Source of the DNA: Candidatus Krumholzibacteriota bacterium | Lineage (GTDB): Bacteria > Krumholzibacteriota > Krumholzibacteriia > JAJRXK01 | Assembly (NCBI GenBank): GCA_963764625.1 | Contig: CAVXTH010000008.1 | Location: 128,001 to 192,000, forward strand | Reading direction: 5' to 3' | Length of the DNA stretch: 64,000 nucleotides | Part shown: positions 55,377-64,000 of the stretch, piece after piece | Position numbering within the stretch: the stretch's first letter is position 1 | Layout: each line of letters begins with the position of its first letter | Notes under the pieces: generated by a model | Databases searched by the model: none | Told to the model about the DNA's origin: nothing | What the model saw: only the letters and a program-made list of their open reading frames with translations | Position numbers and translations under genes: made by a program

Positions 55377-58009
55377 ATGAAACGAACGTTAATTCCGGCC
55401 CTTTTGAGCCTTCTGTTTATCACATCAACTTTTTTTGATGCAAATGCGAAACCGCCGATCCGGGCGGCGTTTTTCAGTGTCTACCCTTCGGCGGTGGGCA
55501 CGCAGCTCGACACTTGCCCAGCAATTCGAAGCACTGCGGCGTATGCCATTTCGACTTCAACGGGGGCGGCCCACGCAATCCCTACGGCTTTTTGGTCGAA
55601 ACCGGGCGCAACAACGGTCTCAGCAGTGAAGATGCCATTCTCGCCATCCAGGACGTGGACGCCGATGGAGATGGCCAGACCGATCTGACGGAAATTACGA
55701 GCGTGCTCTTCAGCAACACGCCGACCTTTCCCGGCCTGAGCTCTTCGAATTACACGAACACAGTCAACATTCCCCTGGCGGAAATCGCCGGGTATTTGAC
55801 ACCGAGCGGAGGGAGCGGACACCACGCCCGCCGGTCGTGGACCTCAGCTATCCCGATGGTGGAGAGGTTCTGCCAGGCGGGCACTGAAATCACGGTCAAT
55901 TACACCGCGAGCGATGCGAGTGGGATCTCCCACGTCAACATCTACCGCAGTGAAGATTCGGGCGCGACCTTCGAACCAGTTGCCCTGAACCAACCCAATA
56001 CCGGGAGCTTCCAACTCTTCGTAGTGAACCTGCCGGGCAACTTCAGCCGGATCAAGGTGGAAGCAGTGGACAACGCCGCCAACGCGGCGAGCGATTCCAG
56101 CGCGGCGGACTTCAGTGTCCTGCCGCAGATGGGCCGGGTGCCCACCACTCTGCGCGACGTCAAGATGAACGGGACCCAGCCCCACCAGGGAAAAGCTCTC
56201 GAGGACCCCGACGCCACCTGTGCCACCTGCCACGGGAACTTCGATACCGCGGTCGAGCCCTGGTACAACTGGAAGGGCAGCATGATGGGGCAGTCCATGC
56301 GCGATCCCCTTTTCTTGGCCTGCCTGACGGTGGCCGAGCAGGACGCGCCGTCGTCGGGAGACATCTGCATACGCTGTCACTCTCCCGGTGGCTGGCAGGA
56401 AGGGCACAGCGACGACACCAGCGGCGCGATGATCACGGCGAAAGATCGGCAGGGCGTGCAATGCGACTTTTGCCACAGCATCGTCGACTTCAATTACGTC
56501 TCGGGAATTTCTCCCCAGCCCGACTCAGTGGTCGTGGCGGGGATCGATCCTCCTCTGTTGGATTACGCCAATGGATCCTTCATCATGGACCAACAACCAG
56601 TGCGACGCGGTCCGCGCGCCGATTCGACGGCCCCGCACGCCTTCCTGGAGTCGCCCTTCCACCGCTCGGGGAACATCTGTGGCACCTGCCACAACGTGAG
56701 TAATCCGGTGTACTACGACGATGGCAGTCACGACCTCGTTTTGACGCCCTTCGACCAGAACCACCCCGACGGCCGCGTATACAGCATGGGGCAGGTCGAG
56801 CGCACCTATGCCGAATGGACGCAGAGTGATTACGCGAATGGTGGGGTCTACGCGCCGCAGTTCGCCGGCACCAAAGCCGACGGAATGGTCGGGAAGTGCC
56901 AGGACTGCCACATGCATGACGTGGTAGGGGAAGCCGCGATTCTGGGTCAGGTTCGACAGGATCTCGCACTCCATGACTTGACCGGCGGAAACACCTTCGT
57001 CCCCGACATCATCCCCGATTTCTTCGCGAGCGAGGTCAACCCCGCGCAGCTGCAGGCGGGAAAGCTGCGCGCGCGGGCAATGCTGCAGAAGGCGGCGACT
57101 CTCGAGGTCACCCCGACGGCCACCGGGATCAATGTGCGGGTGACGAACCAGACCGCTCACAAGTTGCCTTCGGGCTATCCCGAGGGCCGGCACATGTGGC
57201 TTCAGATCGAGGCGGTCGATTCCGGAGGCAGCACCGTGTTTAGCTCGGGGGCCTATGATTCCGAGACGGGCGACATCGCGCACGACACGCAGCTGAAGAT
57301 CTACGAGATCGAAGGCGGCTTCAGTCCCGCGATCGCATCGGCCCTCGGCCTCCCCTTTGGGCCGAGCTTCCACTTCGTGCTCAACGACTCGACCTTCTTC
57401 GACAACCGAATCCCGCCCCGCGGCTTCAGCAACGCGGCCTTCGCGGATGTGCAATCCCCGGTGGTCGGCTACAGCTATCCCGATGGCCAATACTGGGACG
57501 ACACGGAATACGTGTTGCCGCAGGAAGCGGACTCGGTGTTCGTGAGTCTCTACTACCAGAGCACCTCACCGGGCTACATCGAGTTTTTGCGCGACGAGAA
57601 CACCACGAACACCATGGGCCAACAGCTCTATGACGCGTGGTTAGCCCAGGGTAAGAACCCGCCGGAGCTGATGGCGCAGGTGCGTGAGTCGGTCGAGATT
57701 ACCGCGACCGCGGCCAATCCGGTGCTTCCCACCGTCGTGATGTTGGCGCCCAATCACCCGAACCCCTTCGGTTCGTCGACGACCTTCTCCTACAGCCTGC
57801 CCAAGACCGCAAAGGTCGAGCTGAACGTCTACGATCTTCGCGGACGAAGGGTGCGCACGCTTCGCAACGAAACCCAGGATCCGGGACGCTACGTCGTGCA
57901 GTGGGACGGGCGCGACTTCAACGGGAAGAACCTGGCTTCAGGGGTCTACCTGCTTCGTCTCCGGGCGAACGAGCAGATTCGTACCCAGCGGGTAACGCTC
58001 ATGCATTGA
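55377..58009 (+). CDS. Secreted multiheme c-type cytochrome with Ig-like and FlgD-Ig C-terminal domains (frameshift near 55515)
   Basis: Signal peptide MKRTLIPALL; six CxxCH (CGVCH, CATCH, CIRCH, CDFCH, CGTCH, CQDCH); AHKLPSGYP; C-terminal NHPNPFG...YDLRGRRVRTL...WDGRD...SGVYL. Confidence 0.85.
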
Positions 58010-58041
58010 CGGGCCCCGCCACGGCGCAGGATCGAACGAAT

Positions 58042-58079
58042 GAGAGGCCCGATGCGCGGAAGCGTATCGGGCTTTTCTC
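58042..58079 (+). terminator. Intrinsic terminator after the cytochrome gene
   Basis: GGCCCGATGCGC GGAA GCGTATCGGGCT stem-loop followed by TTT. Confidence 0.65.
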
Positions 58080-58178
58080 GGTCGGCTTCGCCCAATCCCA
58101 CTCGCTTGACAGCCCCAGTACGTGTTCCTGTCTTGCGGCGCAGTGATTGCACTTGCAACCATAGGAGCCGCTCGGACG

Positions 58179-58482
58179 TTGGATTTCCATCACTGATCGC
58201 TGCGCACGCTGGAGAAGGAGGGCTACGTGCGACGTCTGGCGGATCGTGCGGGCGCAAACTCTTGGTCCATCCACCCGCGAGGAGATGAGAGGAACGCGCA
58301 GCGCAGGGGAGGCCGCGCCCTATGACTCGCTGAAAGCGCGAGCCGAAGTGCAGCACCCCGGGGCCTCGTGGTGGCCGCGAATCGACGCCGACGCTTCCTA
58401 CATCGTGCGCGACAATCCGGTGGAAGCGGAATTTGGGAGCGAGCGCTTTTCTCCGGGAAAAGGCGGAGGGCTGGCACACTGA
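58179..58482 (+). pseudogene. Degraded or mis-assembled MarR-type regulator
   Basis: TTGACA promoter, TTGCA-CT-TGCAA palindrome and AGGAG upstream; fragments LRTLEKEGYVRR and GRKLLVHP in adjacent frames resemble a MarR winged helix. Confidence 0.4.
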
Positions 58483-58548
58483 GGGCGAGGTGGGATCCCG
58501 AAGCGCCCCTTCAGCTTTCAAAGGAGACGCCGGTCATCGGCCCGCGCT

Positions 58549-59526
58549 TCAGTGGCCGTAGCGCGCCTTCCACGCTCCCCATCCCATCGACGCGGTCGGG
58601 ACGGGACAGCGGTACTCCAAAGTACCCGGACTACACTCCACCGCGATGGGGTGGTTCTGGCTATCGCGAAAGACCAAGGAGACACAACCCAGGGGGCTGA
58701 TCCCCTGGAGAACTCCTTCGAAGACCAGGTGCAGGATGGTTCCCGGGCCATCGATGGCGCAGCCCAGATTGGCCACATCGACAGCCACCGTTGATTCTCC
58801 GGGACCGGGATTGAGCCAGTTGAAATAGTAAGGACATGCGGCGCCACTCACTAAAGAGCCAGCGCTGACCGAGATGGGGTGAACCACTGTCTCGTCGAAG
58901 GACAACTCCAGGGAGAAGCCGTGCACGTCGAGGGTTCCCTCGTCGATGTCGACGTCGACCGCGAGCGTCTCTCCGCACCCGAAGCTACCGTCGTTTGGCA
59001 CGAAGCTCAGCATTCCCGGCCGGGGACAGCGATACTCCACCTCCGAGTTCACCGACAAAGAGGAGATGACCTGATTGTTGCTGTCGCGCAGTTCCGCCGA
59101 GTTCATCTGGAGAGGACTCAGTCCGTTGGCGACACCCGCGAATTGGATCTTCAACAGCTCGCCGCTTCCGCTGATCGAACAGCCGAGCATTCCCAAGTCG
59201 ATCGCGAGGTGATTCTCTCCGGGGTAGGGGTTCAACCACTGCAGGAAGGATCCGCAGGCGGCGGCATTCACCAGATCTCCGGCCAGCACGGCCAGAGGAG
59301 AGATGACCGCGGGGTCGAATCCCAGATCGAGGGTCATGCCGCGTAGATCAGTGACCGCGCCGATATCGAGGGAGACCTCCAGGATCTCCTCGCAGAAGAA
59401 ACGATCGACCGCTGGATGCGGGCCGAGAGGAACCTGCGCGACGGCGGGCAGGCTGTTCAACACGAACCAGGTGGCCAAAATGAAAGCGATGAACCGGCTG
59501 GTGCCGAGAATCGCGTTGTGTCGCAT
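58549..59526 (-). CDS. Secreted protein with two tandem cohesin-like domains and C-terminal WGxxKxxY motif
   Basis: Signal peptide; internal repeat (LRGMTLDLGFDPAVI..LGCSISGSGELLKIQF..RDSNNQ / VHGFSLELSFDETVV..LGCAIDGPGTILHLVF..RDSQNH); ends PTASMGWGAWKARYGH. Confidence 0.75.
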   Translation of the reverse strand: MRHNAILGTSRFIAFILATWFVLNSLPAVAQVPLGPHPAVDRFFCEEILEVSLDIGAVTDLRGMTLDLGFDPAVISPLAVLAGDLVNAAACGSFLQWLNPYPGENHLAIDLGMLGCSISGSGELLKIQFAGVANGLSPLQMNSAELRDSNNQVISSLSVNSEVEYRCPRPGMLSFVPNDGSFGCGETLAVDVDIDEGTLDVHGFSLELSFDETVVHPISVSAGSLVSGAACPYYFNWLNPGPGESTVAVDVANLGCAIDGPGTILHLVFEGVLQGISPLGCVSLVFRDSQNHPIAVECSPGTLEYRCPVPTASMGWGAWKARYGH

Positions 59527-59587
59527 ACCGAGACTCCTCGAGGGGTCGGGGGAATCCGCGCATGGCGGGTCCCCCCTGTGAGCAGAC

Positions 59588-62500
59588 TTACTTCAGAGAG
59601 AGTGATTCGTTGACTGGTCGAGACGTCCGGAGCGACCAATCGTACGAGATAGGTTCCCGAGCTCACGGACTTGCCGTGGTCGTCTTTCCCTGTCCACTGA
59701 ATCTCGTGCGGACCGACGCTCATGTCCTCGCTCGCGAGCGTGGCCACACTGCGTCCGCCGATCGAGTAGATCCGCAGGACCACGTGGCCGGCCTTGGCCA
59801 GAGTGAAGCTCAGCGTGGTCTTGGGGTTGAACGGATTCGGGTAGTTCGCGTGCAGCACGGTGCGGCTCGGGTAGAGCCGTGTTCGCCGTGCCGCTGACGA
59901 GCGTCCCGTTGATGGACTGTTCCTGGTTATGAGCGTCGCGGGCGACGATCTCTCCCGGTGCAATCCCCGTCTCACCCTTTGCGATGCGCTGGAAATCGAT
60001 GACCGCCAAAAGGTCATCACCCGAGATGCCCGCGCCCTTGCCGAAGACGGCCGCATCGACCTCTCCCGGCTTGGCGGAAAGCACCATCGCGGTGCGGCCC
60101 TGCTTGCCCATCAACGAACCTTCGTGCATCGCCACCGGCTTCAGCACGCTCTTGTTCCACTGGAGTGGAACGTGGACGCCTTGCAGGGTTCCGTCTCCGG
60201 CCATGTGGATCTCCACCGAGACCCCGTCTTGGCCGAAGGGAACGGTCTTCAGAGTGATCTCGTTGAGAGCGGCCGGTTTCGGCGCCGGCGTGCCCTTGCT
60301 CACCTGGCCGTAATTGATGGCGAACATCATCAGATCTTCGAACTGGATCTCGTTATCGGTGGTGGGAAGAGCATCGACGCTGTAGTCGGTGGTCGGTCCC
60401 ACGTCGAGGAAGTTTTGATAGGAAGTATTCCCGTCGCTGGTGCCGTAAGCGTCGCCCAGCGCGGAAATGTCGAGAGTTGCGACCGCGTTGTCTCCGGCTC
60501 CCAGGGTGATCCCATCCGTGACGTCACCCAGGTGATAGTTGAGGGTTCCGTCGGTCTGGTTGGAAACCGGACTCACGTTACAGCCGTCGTCGACGAAGGC
60601 CACGTAGTACCAGAAGTCCCGCGTGGTGGGCTCGTCGTCGTAACTGGTGGCGGTGGCGGGCAAAGTCGCCGCAATGCCCCAACCGTCGCCTGCGGCGGCT
60701 GTCGGATCGGCCGGGGTGCTGGGAACGGCGCCGCTGAGGTCATCGTACTCCGGATAGTCGCCGAAGCCCTTGCGGTACAGCGTGATGGTCGCTGCGTCCG
60801 GATCGGTGGGACCGGTCCAGGCGAGGTGGATCTTCGTGGTGCCGTTGGTGCCGTTGCTGGTCTTCACCTGCGAAGCGCTCAGGCCGGTGACCGCGTCGGG
60901 CGCGGTGGCGTCGATGCCGATCGTCGCGGCGCCGGCGGAGCCAGCCGGGACGGGAGCGTTGGCACAGTCACGTACGAGGACACTCAGAATGGTGATGGTT
61001 CCCGTACCGCTTCCAGCTCCCAGGGTGGAGGCCACGTCGACCGTAAACGCCGTGCCCTCGAGGGTGGAGCCGCAGGCGGAGCCCAGGATCGAGCGGTCGA
61101 CGGTATACGTGCCATCCGTGTTGTGAAGGACGAAGTCCTGTACGTCACCACTGCTGAAGCCGTCCACCCAGCTTCCCGCTCCGTAGCTGGGAACGATTTC
61201 ACTGCCGCAGAGCGTTAGCTCCGAACTGAGCTCGAAGGTGATGCTGAAGCCGCGGATGGGAGTGGTGTCACTGCGATGGAGGACCACCGGTACGGTGAGA
61301 CAGGGGTCACACGGGGTGACCTCCACTCCGGCGGGAGGCTCGATCGCGAAGGTATTCGGATAGACGCTGCAGCTGGGGGTGCCGGTGATGTCGCCGTCGA
61401 GCCACGGCCAGTAGGTGACGTCGCCCTCGACCGCGTCGCCGGTTCCCGTGTTCAGGGGAGAAGTGGCGGCGGGTCCGCTCACGTCGCCCCACCAGTTGCA
61501 ACTTCCGTCGACGGTGAGGTAGCTCACGTTGCTATAGAGTCCGTAGGTGTTGCCGGAGAAGCTGTTGTCGTTGACCGCGACGCTCGTGAAGACGCCGGTG
61601 TCGCAGCTGCTCTGACACGCAAAGACTCCCACCCCGGCTTCGAAGCCGGTGACCGTGTTGTTAGTCACCACGAGGTTGAGGTCGTCAGGTCCATAGCCAG
61701 CGTCCGCCTCGATTCCGGTGGTTGCGGTGTTGTCCATCCCGCTGAAGGCCACCGTGTTGCCATCGATGATGACACCGAGGGTCGCCATCTTGGCGGAACC
61801 GGAACTCTTTGCCGAAAGAACTCCGGGCACGTCGAAGGGACTCGCCACTGCCTTGGGAGGATCGGTGGCGATGACTCCGTAGGCAGAAATTCCGATCTTT
61901 TCGATCGTCATGTCGTTGCCACTGAAGGTGCCCTGACCATCGATGTTGTAGATCCCGACGTGGGTCCCGTCGATCACGTTGTTCGTCACGTCGGCCTGGC
62001 AGAACCAATCGAGGATCGAGGTGGCGACGTACTTGGTCGGGTTGTTGGTGTTGTCGTAGGCGATCGAGTGAACGGTGTTGTAGTTCACGGCGCCGGTGAT
62101 CGCGTCACCGTAGACCTGGATCCCATTCTGGGCTGGATCGCTGTTGTCGTAGGTCAAGCCGGTGGCGCCGGTGACCGTGTTGCCCGAGATGTCCACCGTG
62201 ACAGGCGTTGCGCCCGTTTCGTTCACGGTGATCCCGTTCTTCTGGAAGCCATACACGTCGCAGCCTTGCACGTCGATGCTACGTGCCACCGCGTCATCGT
62301 TGTACAGATAGAACGCGTTGCCGTGCTGGCTTCCATCCAGAGGATTGTTGCGTACGTCCTTGATCTCGCAGTCGTAGACCCCGCCTCCGGCCTCACGATA
62401 CGCGATGCCCATGAACCGGGCATTTGTATTGCCGCGGCCCAGGCCGTCGATCGTCAGATCGTGAATCGCCACGTTGTCGGCGTCGTGGACGTAGACGATG

Positions 62501-63490
62501 GGGCGGTTGTCGCCGGAGGTGGTGAAGTAGAGTGGCAAGGTGGTGGGCGACTGGATGACGGTCGTTCCCATCCCCGCGCCGAGCAGACTGAGGTCCTTGG
62601 CGATCTCCACTTGCTCCTCATAGGTTCCGGCGGCCACGTGCACCGTGCTGCCGCTCACCCAGGTGACGCCGTCTTGAACCTTGTCGAAGGCGTTGTGACC
62701 CATGAACAAGCCCGACGCCACTTCCGTTCCCACGCCGGCACCCGCATAGTCATCGTCCACCCAGACTTCATTCACCGCATCCTCGAGATCAATCTGGTAG
62801 ACCTCTCCCGAAGTGAGCTCGATTTCGATGGCGTCGAGATAGCCAGTAAACGAAGACCAGCCGCTCCCAGTCCCAAAAACCAGATAGAGCACGGGCTGGC
62901 TCGCATAATCGATGGGGGTGGCGTCGCCGGAGGGAGTCCAGCTCTGCCAGGTGATCGGCCCCGCGTTGAGGTCGGCGAGGGTCGGAGCACCGTAGAAACC
63001 TAAGGGACCGTGATTGGAGTCGAAAAAGGTGAGCTGGTTCGTCCCGGAGTCGGTCGTCCACTCCACCCAGGAATTCGCAGCTGGCAGTATAGCTGTTCGA
63101 GTAAAGCGGCTCGGCGTTGAGACGGTTACCGTACCAGGTCGCGTCGCCCCCGCTGTAGGGTTGGGTGTAGATCTTCAAGAAGAAGTCGACGCCGCTAGGG
63201 TTGGTTCCGTCGTTGAGGGTGTGATAGCGAATGGCGGCGATGTCACTGACGTTGAAGGTTCCGCCGAGTTGCGTGATGGGATCGATGTACATTTCCACTA
63301 CAGGGGAGATGGGCACGTCTTTGAAGTAGGAACCTGTCCCGGTGTAGGCCTGTGTGGTGGTAGTTGTAACGGAGGATCCGGCGGCGTATGCAGCACCGAA
63401 CACCAGAGGATGGGTTGCCGCCCGAGCCGTCGACGCGAAGGCGGTCAACGCCAAGATCGCGACACCGAGCGCAAATTGCATTCGTTTCAT
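59588..63490 (-). CDS. Large secreted multidomain protein: parallel beta-helix, cohesin-like x2, FN3-like, dockerin-like, FlgD-Ig (frameshifts ~63080, ~59870, ~59600)
   Basis: Signal peptide at 63490; VWVDDD...VHVAAGTYEEQV beta-helix start; NWWGDVSGP; GDVTDG...DNEIQFEDLMMFAINYG; NYPNPFNPKTT...WTGKDDHG...SGTYL. Confidence 0.75.
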
Positions 63491-63583
63491 CTCGTTCTTC
63501 CTTCCGGATAGACCCCATTTCAGGGGGACGTGACTACAGTGGGAGCCGGATGGATGCGAGAAGTTTCGTCATGCCTCCTTTCG

Positions 63584-64000
63584 TCATTTCAGCAGGATGA
63601 GGCCGGTAGAAACCGATCCCGCTGCGTGGGTCAAGAGGGCCGTATAGGCGCCCGAGGCCACACTGCGACCGTGGCCATCCTTGCCATCCCACTCGACGCT
63701 CTGCTTCCCGCCCGGCCAGGTGCCCTGGGCGAGGGTTCGCAGGAGCCGGCCGTTCGGGCCATAGATCCGCAGGCAGGTCTGCCCAGGACTTGGAAGGGTG
63801 AACGAGAGAGTGGTTTGGGGATTGAAGGGATTGGGGGCGGCCTGCAAGCGCAGCCGCGGCCGCAGCGAAGGCAGCGATCCGGTCATCGAACCGATGCGGT
63901 ACTGCGCGTCGTGCGTGACGAGAGGATTGACGTATAGCCCCCCGTCGTAGAAATGGGTGCCCTGAAGGGCCCGGATCCAACCAGAGCTGAGCGTACTCTT
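63584..64000 (-). CDS. C-terminal part of another FlgD-Ig domain secreted protein (5' outside window)
   Basis: Open frame ending AAPNPFNPQTTLSFTL...WDGKDGHGRSVASGAY...LILLK. Confidence 0.8.
   Translation of the reverse strand, partial: KSTLSSGWIRALQGTHFYDGGLYVNPLVTHDAQYRIGSMTGSLPSLRPRLRLQAAPNPFNPQTTLSFTLPSPGQTCLRIYGPNGRLLRTLAQGTWPGGKQSVEWDGKDGHGRSVASGAYTALLTHAAGSVSTGLILLK

Noticed and set aside
59929-63003. Long plus-strand ORFs 59929-61218 and 61276-63003
   Set aside because: They are antisense shadows of the large secreted protein.
63534-63580. 12-codon ORF MTKLLASIRLPL preceded by AAGGAGG
   Set aside because: The Shine-Dalgarno-like sequence is only 1 nt from the ATG and there is no attenuator-like codon bias.

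Overview
This is a GC-rich bacterial chromosome window that contains the replication origin region. Divergent from dnaA-dnaN-recF-dciA-gyrB-gyrA lies rpmH-rnpA-yidD-yidC-jag-rsmG-parS-parA-parB-M23-bactofilin. Housekeeping and envelope genes flank it: gltA, split-alpha pntAB, hisS with tRNA-His, degP, an MBOAT/SGNH pair, two VPS10-type beta-propeller proteins and an ECF sigma/anti-sigma operon. The right end is a cluster of secreted proteins with FlgD-Ig 'PNPF' C-terminal domains or a short 'WGxxKxxY/F' tail, which suggests an FCB-group candidate lineage such as Krumholzibacteriota, Latescibacterota or Eisenbacteria (inference). Four observations stand out. (1) The tRNA-His lacks the near-universal G-1:C73 identity pair (it has U-1, G1:U72, A73) and sits directly upstream of an alphaproteobacterial-type HisRS. 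(2) There is an apparent non-cellulosomal cohesin/dockerin surface system. (3) Two unrelated secreted proteins share a short C-terminal sorting-like motif. (4) A six-heme cytochrome c carries a secretion-type C-terminal domain. Several accessory genes are frameshifted, most likely from consensus indel errors. No CRISPR array, rRNA, IS element or prophage was seen. All product calls come from motif recognition by eye; no database search was run.
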